From Lama guanicoe (taxonomy: Eukaryota), in contig MU054220.1 in assembly GCA_013239625.1 (NCBI GenBank), positions 7,785,367 through 7,849,366 on the forward strand: a stretch of DNA of 64,000 nt, written 5' to 3'. The notes under the pieces are model-generated. The model saw only the letters and a list, made by a program, of their open reading frames with translations, was not told where the DNA came from and did not search any database. This document shows positions 38,239 through 51,725 of this stretch, in pieces; the first letter of the stretch is position 1; every line of letters starts with the position of its first letter. A program made the translations under genes and the position numbers.

Positions 38239-41200
38239 TTTTCCTTTCTATGAATTTCATTGTTTTAGTAATAATAACAGTACAAGTAATATTGTTTAAA
38301 TAAAAGATGAAACTATGACAAAACAAGGGCACCTAGAGCTGATTAAAATTAGAAAGAGAAACTGAGCTTGGAGTTCCCTGAATCTTCTTCCATCTCCACA
38401 TTTTTTTTTTCTTTAATGTGGTCTTTTAGAGTAGAGCTTCAAACAGTTGGTGAGCGTCTGCAGCGGACCGGGAGCCTGCTGGAGACTGAACACATTGTAG
38501 ACGGAGAGAGAGGCGGGCTATTCCTGGGAGAAAATCTGTACTTTCCCAGCAGCTCAGTGCTTGAAACGGCCTCATCTTTGTTCTGAATTGGTTTGCCTCC
38601 TCTCCAAAGGCTGTCCTTTTCTTTTCCCTCCTTTGCAAGACCATTTTGCACTGAACTCCCACATAGATGTGTTTCAGCTAAAAAAAACCTGTTCCCCTAG
38701 CAAATGGTTTCCCACTCAGTCAGACACAGGAAACATCCAACCTCGTTGACTTCCTGCAGCATTTTTGAGGTGGTTTTTGAATTATGTCTGACCCAGGCCC
38801 CACCTGCTAGCACATATTAGGACGCTAGCAGTGAGGCATGATTCACTGTCATCCTTTCTGTGTATACTTCATGTATTAAGCAACAAAACAACTTTGGTCC
38901 TCTCCTCTGAATTGTCGCTCCAATGAATCCCTTGACAACAGCTGCTCAACATTTGTTCACCCTGAGTCACTACTGCCAGAGAAAACCCTGCTTTCCCCTA
39001 CAATTATTTTTTCTCAACTGCCTTCTGCATTGTTTGCTTTCTGACCTTTCTTTTGTTCTTTGCAAGTACACATATTAAAATAAAAATACCAAGGCCAAAT
39101 GCCTCATTCTTGCTCCCGCACAGCACGCTATGATTTAGAGGTTTTGGGCTTGAACTGTGTGTGGGTGTTGGAGTGGGTGGAGGCAGAGAAAGAGGAAAGA
39201 CACAGAGAGAGGGCGCTCTCCTTTTTTATGTTCTTGTCTTTCTTCTGTTTGTACCCTGGCATAGTCACAAAAGCAGGGAGGGCTACTCATTAATTTGTTC
39301 ATTTGTTCATTCATTCACCAGATAGTGTGCTAGGCAGTGGAGCTAAAACAATGCGCAAAGGTTAAAAAAAAACAAAGCACCAGTTATAATCAGAAGACTG
39401 GTTCTCGCTGGCATTTAAAATTAATATGTGAAAACTGGAAAGTTGTTGAATAGTCCTCAGATATTTCTTGATAATCTACTGCTTGCCAGGTCCTGTGCTA
39501 ATTACTGGGGATATATTAATGAATGCTAGAGAGAGAACCTCAGTCTTTACAAAGATTTTTGTCTAGGGAGCTACTTCATCTCTTTGATCCTTACTCAAAT
39601 CAGGTTATACCTGATTTGTCTCCTAAACCCTTCATTACAGTTCTTTCCACTTCCTAGGCTATATTCACATGCAGACCTACTCACCCCAGCCCCTCCTCTG
39701 AGAAGAGCTCCATCCTCTCATACCCATCACTTCGCCTGCTGATTACCTCTTTTTATCTTACTACAGCAAAGCTCACAGAGCTCTACCTTCCGTAGTGTGT
39801 GACTTCCATCTGTGAGGTCACTGCACGTGTTCAAGATGAACACTAGATCTCTGGCTATTGCTTCTACCTCACGTAGGCCGGGGCAAGACTTTGAGTTGAG
39901 TTAGGACTCTAGAGAAAGAGCTTTCCCAGGGTCAGCCATGCGTTCTCCTCCCATCTTGTTGCTAGCTGTATCTAAAAGGCTGTGAAGGAAACGCAGAATC
40001 GAGCTGAACACAGCCCAGATGCCTGCCCTGTCCCAATGCAGGAGTTCTGTCAATAAGGACAAAAGGGTGTACATTTACGCGTGTGTATAGAATAAAGTAA
40101 TTTATGAATTTTTAAATCTAAAATGAAGTGTATAAATAAACTCATCCAGACAGACTATCAAGACCAATATTTTAGCTTCATGGTCAGAGAATCATCAAAA
40201 TTCAATGTGGACAGTGTTTCCGGCATTAACACTGGTTTTCAGAAAGTATTTAATGCCTAGGATCCCGGTGATTTGCCTCAGATGCTTCTTTAGTTGCGTG
40301 GTGACATTTTGCAGAGGAACAGAAGGTGCAGTAAGAGGTAGACAAGCAGGTAGCACCTCCCCGGATCCTAGCTTAAATAAAAGAGGGGTCCTGCATTTGC
40401 TGATTTAGATAGCTGAGATGAGTTCAATTTCTGGGGTGGGGGGAGGGCTGTTGTTGCATAAAATTTAATGTAAACGATTTGTATATAACTGCTTGTTCGT
40501 ATTTTAGTTGAAAATGACTTGCCAAAGAAATCCGTAACAGGCATTAAGCTAAAGAACCTAAGTCTCTTGATTCCCAATTTAGTGCTCTTTCTACTACATT
40601 TCATTAGAATTCGCCAGAAGAATTCATACACACGTCCCTAAGCTTTGGAATTTGTGCTATTTTGCTAGCTCATGCTCTGGGGTCTTAATTGACTTATTGA
40701 TTTATTCAATAAAGCAGATGCTGTACATAATGAGCAGTAACTATAAACTCAAATGAAATCAGCATAACTAAAGGAGAAACTTGCTCTAATTTAAAACATT
40801 ATATGGATGGCCACATATTAAAAGTATTCTTGCATTAATAAACCCTGTGAAGCATACTGAAAAGGAAAAGACTGTATTACTGATTCTGTTACTATTAAGA
40901 TATTTTGTGTAACACTGTTTTCATAAAAAAAATTTTACGACAATTCCATCTTAGGGATGCTTTCAGAGTTTAGACATCCAGATACACTGTTTCGTGTTTA
41001 TTATTACTTTCATTTTTTACAATAAGGAAAATTAGGCTTAGGACAACTTGCTAATGGCCACATGCTTCATTGCTAGAAAGTAGTGGAATCAGGATAAAAT
41101 GACCACTGATGTCTGTAAACTGATCCTCACACTGGATTCAAACATCCTTCAGGAAAAAGGGGTAGTGTTTTGGTTTGGTTTTTTCTTTGGGTGGGGGGTT

Positions 41201-42892
41201 GGTGTCACATACAGTCCTCTCTCTCTCTCTACACTCTGACCTGTCCTGCCATTTTCAGAAATCCACCTGAGTGTTTGTACTCACAAGGAGAAATACTGCG
41301 GGTTTCCTCCCTTCCTCCTTGAGATAATGGAACCCTTGTCCTAGAGCACTTGGCTGTCCTTCCCAGGTCAGCTTCTGCAGGGGCATAGTGATTTAGCTCC
41401 ATCTTCCCAATTAGTTTGTTTCATCTTCCAGCCATGTTCATGGTTTAAAACTTTTCATGGATGGGCTCCATGCAGTCTACACAGACAGAGGCATCATGGC
41501 GACACAGCTGGCACGTGGCTTAATGTGAAAGCAATTAAATACCAAAAAAACCCCACAGTGGGCAGGTGGGGGGGTGGCTGGAACCTCAGAGATTATGCTT
41601 GTTACCTTGGATAAGATTTATCTGATAAAGTCATAGAAAAATTGTCTTCCTCACTCAGCTGTATTTTTTGGGTTGGTTTTGTTTCAGTTTGTTTTTGGTT
41701 TTGGCATCAAGGTGTGCTCCCCTGACCACCTGGAGTAGAAACTCATCTTTCAAATCTGGAGACACAGGAGTCTACATCTTCTGCCTATTTCACGTGGCTG
41801 TTAACGCACATTCAAGTTGGAGAGACACTGCCCAGCCCTGTTTGAAAGAACTCATTTATTTTGCACAAGGATGCTTTACTTGGGTTACTAAGTAAGGCAA
41901 GCATGTTTTTATTGCTTTATTGTCGCCACATCAGACAGACGTGAAGATGATAAAGTCAACATAGGTTGGCTTTATCTCCCGGGAACAGAGGTCCTGTATG
42001 AATGCAGTGTAGCTGAAGTAGTACTGTATTTGAGGTTTCAAGGAAAATTTTTGTCCCCGAGTGGTTTCTACTTTTGTTACCTTGAGAAATTAGTCAGCAA
42101 TGTATTGCGTGTTTATTGTGTGGGGGGACAGGACAGAAATAAAATACTCTGTTCCAGAAAGGATTAGTTTGCCACTGGATGAAGGGGTCAAGAAAGAAAG
42201 AAAACAATACAATGACATAAACCAAGTTTATGTAATACTGGAAGCAGGCAAATCAAATACAGTTGTATATACAGGACAAGTAAGTGATGCATGCAAATGT
42301 CTGCATGAATAGCTGGCTACGTTTTGCGAAATGCAATTATTTATACTATTCCTCCTAAGGTGTCTCCTTCCTCCATCCCTCCTTTTCAGTTAAGGGATGC
42401 AATCATCCTTATCTAAGTCATCTTTGACTCAAAACTAAACTAGCTAAACTGTCAGGACTTGGTCATTATCTCTCTTACAAAAGAATCAACTATTTTAATA
42501 ATGTTTGAATGTCCTGAAAACTTTGTGGCTCCCTCTAATACAAAGATCATAAGAATAATTAGAATATTCTGTAGAATGTTTGTCCTTTCACTATGTAAAG
42601 ATAGTTGAGCTAAAGAAAAAGGTGATTAAGACCATGGACTGGGGTTTCTATTTTTTTTAATTTATTATTTTTGCTTAGAAATTATTTTTCCAAAGATAAA
42701 GAAAAAAAATTGATTAAATTCTGTTCTTTTAAGAATTTGCTCTTGATCATTTTAAAACATTTTCAAAATGTTTATCTAAAGTCAAACAATCTCATTGTCT
42801 ACGTTAGATAATTACATTCTATCATTTTCTGGAAAATAGATTACATTATGTGAGAATATGCATTTATATGTTGCATTTGTGAAGACTATGAG

Positions 42893-43367
42893 AGTATTAG
42901 TCTTCTACTGCTGTCATAACAAATTCTGATTAAACAATACAAACTAATTATCTTATAGTTCTGTAGGTCGGAAGTCTAACATAGGTCTCATTGGGCTAAA
43001 ATCAAGATAACAACAGGGCTGGCTTCCTTTCCAGTGATGCGAGGAGAGCGTAATTCTTTTACTTTTCTGGCTTCTTGAGGTCCTCCACATTCCCTGGCTC
43101 ATGGCCCCCTCCCTCCATCTTCAAAGATAGCAAGGGTAGGCTGAATCTCTTTCATGCCACCATCTCTCTGATTGTTTGCAGCCAGAAAGGCTCTCTACTT
43201 TTAAAGATTTATGTAATTAAATTGGGTGAACCTGAATCATACAGGATACTCTCTTCATGTCAAGGTCTTCAACCTAGGTATCTCTAAAGTCACTTTTGCC
43301 TTGAAGGCAACATATTCACAGGTCCTGAGGATTAGGCTGTGAACACCTTTAGGGATAGGACCATTAA
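42893..43367 (-). mobile_element. MLT1D-like MaLR LTR
   Basis: TTATCTTATAGTTCTGTAGGTCGGAAGTCT...GGGCTAAAATCAAG...CATTCCCTGGCTCATGGCCCC...ACATATTCACAGGT.CTG.GGATTAGG. Confidence 0.88.
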
Positions 43368-43387
43368 ACCAGTTGGGGTAAGTATTA

Positions 43388-46015
43388 AGAGTGCTCCTAA
43401 CCCCTTTCAATTTGGCACTGCCTGATTCAAATCATGCTTATTTAAATAAATTCTTGAAAATCTTTAATGTGTCTCAGTTTATCTTTTAACAGTTCTGGTG
43501 TTAAAAGCACATCCAAAGGAGCCTTCCTAGCACCCTGAGAGCAATGAGCCCACTACACTGTGCCTGAGCACTGCAGGGGAGTTTACCTCAGAGTCTAGCT
43601 CCACAGCTCTTGTGCCATGAGCTCTCTGACTTTTATTTGACCATTTCTGTTTTTGGATTGGTTCCAGAGTTAGATTGGGTCTGACGTAAATTGGCCTGGG
43701 TCCAGTGTGAGGTCTTAGCTTGGTAAAATTTTGTTTTAAGGAAAAGAAAAGAGAAAATGGATTCTTCCAGGTCCAAAGAGTCTGAGACTCAACCATCTGG
43801 GACACCAGCTAAATGTATGTATGAAAATGACAGGCCCAGAACATGTGTTTGTCTGAACAAGTGGGCTGACCTTACCAAAGAGAATCTTGAATCACACTGA
43901 CCACTCTGAGGAACTTAAATCTAGATGAGCTTATCCACTTATGAGACTTCCTAGAGAAATGGGGGTCCCAAATAATGGGATGTGTTTTTTAATTGGTCTG
44001 CAAAAGCTTCTAAGAGACTTCTAAATGGATCAAAAATTGCCTCTTAAGATTCCTTATGAAAAGCAAAGGAAAACACCTTAAAGGTCTTCTCCACAAATAT
44101 TAGTGAAAAAGCTTTAGCCATATTTGTGGGGAATCATAACTTATTACCACTATCGGAACATAATTTGGATCCAACTGTTCTTATAAACCAGCAAGTCTGG
44201 TAGTATAGTACTTGCCTCATGTTAAAATTTTTAAACAAAAGCTCTAAGACTGCTGTTTTCATCTGTCTGTATGTATCTGTATGTCTACATATGTATGTTA
44301 TAGATGTGTGATTTCTTTTTACTTCCAGATAGCATTGCCAAAATTAGTAAGTTCTATTTAATTGGCTTAAAGAAAAATAAGCACTTATATAAATTATATA
44401 TTCTTTCAGAAATATAGGAACTAACCCAAAAGTTTTTCAAGTTCACATGAAAATTTAATTCTTTCGTCTGTTAAAAGGATAAAGTTTTCTTGGACTATTT
44501 TTAAGTTTTTTTTTTGTCATTTACAGTTTTACTCTGATGTTTTTGCAAAATTGCTTCATCTTCAAAGAGATTCAAGGAAAGCACTCTGACAAATACAGGT
44601 TTCTGATAATTTTAACATTATACCACTTGGTAAGAATTTCTAGAACTCTAGTAGAAAAAACTGAATTCATAAAACTGCTAAGCCAAGATTAAACAGAGTA
44701 AGAATTAATTACCTGGGACTGAATGAACTAATGGGGATAATTATAATTTTTGACTTTTTGTTTGAAACATTGCTAGTTCTTTAAAGCTTTGCTTTCCAGA
44801 TTTAAGGAAAATTTTTTTAAGATAGCTATAACTTACAGTAATTTAGTATATTACCCTCCCATAAATGAAATTGAAACATTTATTTCTTCTCCCTACCTGA
44901 ACCCTCCAGAATTCAGAAAATTCTTAGTATTTGTTACTTTCATGGCAACATAGATAGTTACTTGCAGAATTTCAGTAAGGATCTATTTTCCTTGTAACAG
45001 GACACAATTGGAAACATTGGTTTTATTACCAAGGCTTTGACTGGAATTGCATATTTGAGAATGATATGTATAGAATCAGATATTACTAGGCAGGAACTAA
45101 GATGGAATTTATGGAGCCAAAAAGATCCTTAGAAAAACCATCTGGCAGCCTTGACAGGTGAGTAGGGAAGGTTACTTCCTGGCATGTCCAGAAAACTCAG
45201 GATATTTGCAGAACATCGGGAAGAGAGCAATTCATTCAAATCTATAGGTATTTAAGGCAAAGTCTGATGATGAATTCTTTGCTGGCTAATTCTAACCTCA
45301 AAAGGCTTTTAAAAATCTATTCCAAAATTCCTTATGTAAAGTTCCAGCAAACCAGACTTTTAAAAAGCCTATATAGTCAGTCATTATTCTTGCTGTGTTC
45401 TCTCAAGCATCTTAATTATGTGCTCACGGCCACCAGTAGTACATCAGATGTTTTCACTGTGCTTGGAGGAACAGAAACGTGACGGACAAGGAGAGGAACA
45501 ACAACAAAAACTTTCCATGAACTTGACCTATGAGTTTCATAACAAGATGAGAATAATTTAACCCTGACGATGACTGAGAATGACACTAGCACCAACTTTC
45601 TGGTCGATCTTTCATGTATGAGAGGATCTCACCAAAAGGGGCAAAAGGAGGAATTGTTAACGTAATTAAACAAGGTGGCCGTTAACTGTGATGGCTCTAC
45701 TGCCTTGGTAACCTGCATAAACAATCTTGAAACCTAAGCCAAGCTGACTGTAAATGCACTTGTATCCAAGAAGATAACATCTGAGAACAACCCATCGCAA
45801 ACAACCAACTAGGCTTTCCCAAATAAGGCAACTGCTTAAGCTACTACAGCCAACTAAGTAATGCCTTTGCTTTGCTTCTGTGTCTGCTCTGTAAAAGCCT
45901 TTCCCGAAGCTTCTGTACACAGAGCACTCCTAACCAGTTTGGCACTGCCTGGTTGGAATCGATGTCTGTTCAAAAAAACTCCTAAAATGTTTAACGTGCC
46001 TCAGTTTATCTAACA
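43388..46015 (+). mobile_element. MER57-like ERV1 provirus relic: partial 5' LTR, deleted non-coding internal region, complete 3' LTR
   Basis: 5' LTR R/U5 remnant 43388-43491 aligns to the end of the 3' LTR (45655-46015); degenerate tRNA-Leu-type PBS TGGTGTTAAAAGCACATCC 43496-43514; PPT AAAAGGGGCAAAAGGAGGAA 45634-45653. Confidence 0.85.
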
Positions 46016-48846
46016 TAGGTCAGTTCAAAATTATTCTTTCCCCTTCCCAAAGAAATATTTAAAGGCTAAAATTTCAAATTGCAATATTTAGAATAATGGA
46101 GAGTGGGGAAAGAGTTACCATTAATCTTCCACATGCTTGGATGGATAACAACGCTTTAGCCCTAGAGTTTAGTACAGAATTGTTTTCAAATGAGATCTTT
46201 ATTCACATTTTTATTTCTTTTCATTATGAAGTCAACTTTCACCTCTTTCCAAATGCCTCTTGGAAAGTCACCAGGAAGTTTTACAGTGATAGAATGTACT
46301 CATATCCTCAGCTTCCTTTTTGTTTGGGTTGCATGATAAATTATAGAAAGACACAGAACTTGAATATTTAAATAATTTCTATGAATAGTTCTTAAATCTT
46401 CTTCTTGTGTTAGAAGGCTTTTTTCCTTCCTTCACTTTCACTACTCCAGATCTTCATTCCCAAGAATAGTTTTACATAAACCAAGAAAATCTGTTAGAAG
46501 ATAATTCAGATTTGTAATTTTTTAGGCAACCAGTATAAAGTTTTCAAAAGAAAAAAAATCAATATACCAGAATTATACATTAATAGAGAAACTAAATCTG
46601 GTCCTGGGAAAACAGATTTGGTGGGAATCTATTTCTAGTATATTTACCGTAAATCACTAGATTTTATGCAAAAGTTCTAGACAGCACCTCCCCAGAGGCC
46701 CTGATCTTTCCTTAGTATTTCCAAATTACTTCCTTTCCTCTGCCCTCTCTCCCTTTTTCCTTCCATCTTTCCTTCTTTCTCTTTTAATTTTCTTGTCTTT
46801 ACTAATGCAAAAGAAAAAAAAAGGCAGATGTTGTTTTAGTTAAAATAAACAAGCCTACTTGAAATTACATTGGAAATATCAAGATATATGCTTCTGAAAG
46901 TCAAAATTGAAGATGACTATTTATGCCAGTGGTGGGTCCGAAATATTTGAAGAAAAGGTTTGCTTTAAAGCTTAGTTAATCTATCCAGGCCAAACTTCCA
47001 AATTGTAAGCTGTATGTAGGTCTCTTATTCTAAATACCAACTGAAATAATAAACAAGGAAAACTTGGGGAAATACTTAGAACAAAATGTTGAATTATTCC
47101 ATTCTTTCTTCTGGTCCAGATTTCTCTTTTTGATAAAAAATATTTACTTACTAAATTCTTGTGTTCAAATGTCATATATATTGTTTGACTTTTTAAAAAT
47201 CAGGTTTTTGTTAAAATTTGACAATTACTTTATACTGATGGATGGAGCTGGGATCTTTATCCCAAAAGTAGACCATCATACATTTGAAGATTCTCTAGTT
47301 GTACTGAACAAGTGGCTTACTTATTCTAGGAGTCCCAGGTTGCTATGAACATCTTGACCCAGATATCAGTGGGCAGATAAAGCATGATACAACAAACAAG
47401 AGTAATAATAAAAATTGCATTAAATTTTCCTACTCCACTGAATGATTTTGTTCCTTTCCATTCAGTCTAGCAATGGAAATTTATATAACATTTTAATAGT
47501 TTTCTCAAAATACTGGGTCAAATTATGTGGAGGAAAAATATTTTAACATACTTTCATATTCTAAACCATATAAGTGTTCTTAACAAAAAGGTGTGTAACA
47601 AAAATAGCAAATTGCATGGAATAATCAGAAAGAAAATCTTGCAGAAACAGAAAAGCAATTTAAAAAGTAAGTTATTTAAATTTTTTTCTGACTCCCACTT
47701 TTTAACATTTACTTATAGGGATTATTATACATAGCTTTCCTAGGCCACACAGGAGAAAAAAAAGTATTTTATTGAAAAAAATGAAGGCAGTTCATGGTTA
47801 AGGGAGAAACCTAATACTCATCCTTAAAATTCAGTGATTAGTCTTAAATAACAGATTAAAATTTTATTGCACTGGATTATTATGAAGAAACTTCTAGCAT
47901 GTATAATGTGTAACTTTTCTAAAATAAATACATTAAAAGCAATTTTAGCTTTCTAAATCTCTTAAACCTGTCCCAATGTGGAAATTAAGCTGGTAACCAA
48001 CCCTTCAAATACAGAAAGTCACAAGAGGAGATCTGAGTAAACTTGAGAGTTTATGTTTATACTTTTTCCTCTGTGAGACTAATTGCAATAACCATAAACC
48101 AGTGCTCAGTTTAGGTCAGCTGCTTAGATGTGTGGATTTGCTTTAGAAGGACCTGGAGACGCATGATAAAAAAAGCAACAAGTGGACTTAGAATAGCAAG
48201 TATCTACAACAATATCTTGAACACTCTACTAGGAGCTGGGAAACCAGACTACCTAGTAAGGTTTTATACACGATACAATAGTGAAACAAATGACGGAGTT
48301 TTTCTTCTTCAAAACATTTATTCGTGGAATTTAAACTACTACAAAAACATTTCTAAGAGGAGCTTTTTTCCCTTGATGGACTTGTAAATTTGGTGACATA
48401 TTTAAAATTGTGTGTTTTATATACTTCATGGCTAAGATTAATATGATGAAACTCATTTGTGGGTATTTGGTCAAAAGCCAGTGGTAATTCTGAAGACTGG
48501 AATAATTTTGCCTTGAAAGGAGAATGATTAGAAATGATGACTTGAAAAGGTGACTTTATCAGGTATTCTAAGAGTAAAACTTAAAAAAAAAAACAACTAG
48601 AATTAGAGCTTGATAGAATGAAAAGAGAATTTTCCAATATAAGACAGAGAAGGTGAAATCTGTGGAACATCCTGCTGTAACACAATGCTACCATGATTAG
48701 CAGAATTAAGAGTTGTTCATGGAGTCTCAGTTCCCAAGGCATCAATGTGCTTGAAGTTCAGAACATTTAAAGATCCCACACTTCCTTTCAAAATCATAGG
48801 GCTAAGAAATGAAAGGTTGTTATGGACCTTTTGTATGGTTCTAGGA

Positions 48847-49100
48847 AATTATTTTCACATCATGCTCCCAGGAGCCCCAGTGTGGACAATTACAAGACAC
48901 CACAGTTATAATTACATGTAAAATTATTCAGGCTCTACTACTGAAGAAAGGAGCTGAGGAACAGAAACACAGCAGGAAAAGACCCATTTGGGAGATAACT
49001 GACCTCCAAATCTGAATTCAATCAGAACTTTAGTCCATTTTGGTAGCATTTGTTTTCCATGTGAAATTTCATTTGAAGAAAATTTCCTGCAAGTTGAATG
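48847..49100 (+). mobile_element. MER117-like hAT element, degraded
   Basis: GGAGCCCCAG near the left end; TTCAATCAGA.C...TTCCATGTGAAATTTCATTTGAAGAAAA near the right end. Confidence 0.45.
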
Positions 49101-51227
49101 TTTGTGCGTGTGTGTATAAACTCTCTGCTTTCGGCAGTTAGAAGAATTCTTTCATTTGGATGGTAAAACATTGTTTCTTTTCATTCTTCCTTGGGAAAAT
49201 ATACTCATAATCTATATGTACCAAAAATCAAGTATAAGAAGATTCTGAAATATGAATCCTCCAATAAAGCCTGTGCTAGGAGGAATTAATATCTAGAATG
49301 TACTAAATTATCCTGAAGATTTGACAGAAATGCTATCTCAAGTTGCCTCCATCTAGAAAGTGAGTCGTATCTATGGAATGAAAGTTGCCGAAAGCCCAGC
49401 TTCACACCCAGAAGCCAGGAACAGAGCAGTCACAGCCGAGAGCACCTTCTGGGTCATCTCTGAACCAAGAAACATAGAGCCCTGAGAATCAATGCCTTAA
49501 AAAGCGTCCCTGGCTTTAAATCCACCTTTTTCACCCATAGAAACTGGGATCCGGATTCACTGGTTTGCACAGCTGTCTCTTTCCTGTCTTCCAAAAGCGC
49601 TTTCTCAGGGTAGATTAGCCAAATCGGCTTCTGCCTGGAATTGTAGCTCACCTTATGTATTTCCTCCAGAGTCTTACTGCAATCTGTAACTAGCTGGATG
49701 GTGAATCAGGTGAGTAGCTTGTTTATTTGTCAACATCATTCATTGTCTCCATTTTCCATAAAACACAAGCACCATGAGGGCGCCTTCAGTAATTGTCTTG
49801 TTTACCAGCCTCATCCACAGAATGCACCCACAAGCACACGATAAATAATCATCGACTAATTGAAGAAATGAGTCTCTTTAAGTCACACTCAGTAATCTAA
49901 CATGAGAAGGAGATAAACTGTATCTTGTCCAAAATAACAATATGGCCTTCTGTTTCACTGCTTGAAAGGACACCTTCTTTGGTCTGTGCTGCTTAAACTG
50001 GGATGCATGTTGGCAGCCCAGGAGGGTATTTGCCACCGAATGATAAACAATGATACTTTTTTAAGCAGCTTTTTATTTTTCCCCTCAAAGATGGGAAGGA
50101 AAATGAAGCTGAATTATTTAAAACATAATTTTCAAATTAAATGTGGATAGAACAGAATGCAAATTCACTTGAATCTTTAAGATAGATTTAAAAGAATTTC
50201 TTGCTAACTGGCCAGATCCCAGGAGGGTTATATATACCTTTTCTTCTCATGAGAATAGTGGTGGGTAAAACATTTGGAGAAGTATTTTTAGGGCATTTTG
50301 TCTTCTCTGATACATCAATTAGAATTTGTAAGAAATAAAACTTCATTCCCTTGGAAAGCCAACCAAGTCTATTTTTAAGATGATTATAATGCATAGAAAT
50401 TTCAAATGGCACAAGTTAAGCCTTTTCTGTTTTTTAAAACTAGAAAAATCTAAAAGCCAACTGATGAATGCAAACCAACATGTTATTCATGCATGCTGTC
50501 TTCAAAGGGCTAGATTTCTCACTGTTAACTTGCACTTTAAATGGCCTTCGCCAGAAATGCAGGAATTGCCCTCAGAGTGTTATCAATATAAAAGCATCTT
50601 TGTGTTTACTGCTGCAGGAAATCTTTTTGTTCCTGTCAAGTTTCTAGCTCTCGTTTATGAAGCTGCTTGGCCAATTTGAAATATTTTGCTCAGAGACGAC
50701 TAGGGTAAGACTTTGAATGCCTTTTTCTCAGGAGAAATCATCAAACACCACTGAAGACATATTTTTCTGAATAGGAAATCCTTAATAAGTCATTTTCACT
50801 CATATGTCAGTTCTGTTTGTGAAGCCTGGTAATCACAGAGGAGAGGAAGAGCAAACGCAGTTAAGACTGAAAAAGAGAATATATTCATGCTACATAAAGC
50901 AGGGAGGTGGGAAAATTAAGAAATCGGAGCCGATGAGAAGCAACAAGGAAAATCAGGTGATTGAAGCAGATGCTTTAAATGAAGACAGGCAAACGAATGC
51001 CAAAGCCATTTTTTAAACCTTTTAAAGATGGATTATTTTCGAGAGACTTTATAGCATGAATATTCTGACAAATGCCGTTATCAATGTGTGCTTTTTTTGA
51101 AATCCTTTTAAAAGCCCTTTGTGATTTCGGACTTTCACAACAAGGATAATAATAAAGTTTCATAAAAGTTTCTTTAAAGAAAGGAATAAGAAACTGGCAT
51201 TACATTATGAATTAAGGACCCTGGTTG

Positions 51228-51725
51228 TGTCGACTGAAATAAACGCACAGCCTAGAAGTTGAGGGTTATGTTTTACTTGGCGGACAGTTCTGAGGACTCG
51301 AAACCCTTGGAGCCCAGGATGACAGCCTCTCAGATGGCTCTGAGGGACTGCTCCGAAGAGGTAGTGGAGGAACTATGATATATATGAGCTTTACAACAAA
51401 GACTAGGTAGTTGGAACATTAAAAGATTACTTGTTAACTAAAGAAAACCAGCCATCTCAAGTTAAAGAATTGAGCCCTTTTCTATGTATGGGAGGAAGCA
51501 AACATTTGGGCTCATTGAATTCATTCCTTTGACAAGCATCTAGCCATCTAGGGCCAATATCTTGTCCTTTATTATTCTGAGTCCCCTCAGAGTGCACCAC
51601 TGTGAGTGGCTGCAGAGGCTGGGCTGCAGGCTGGTCTTCACTGGGGGTTGGTGGCAGCGGCTGACGGCTTGATGGTTTGAGCATTCTCTGTTTACTGATA
51701 CGGTTTACAGTATTTTTCATTCACA
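51228..51725 (-). mobile_element. Cetartiodactyl-type ERV1 solo LTR, complete
   Basis: TG...CA termini with perfect 4-bp TSD GTTG (51224-51227, 51726-51729); minus strand shows a TATATAT box and a U5 ending TTCAGTCGACA; several CpGs retained. Confidence 0.9.

Noticed and set aside
40433..40447. G-rich runs as G-quadruplex candidates (also about 21800, 41190 and 41565)
   Set aside because: They lack four separate G3 tracts with loops
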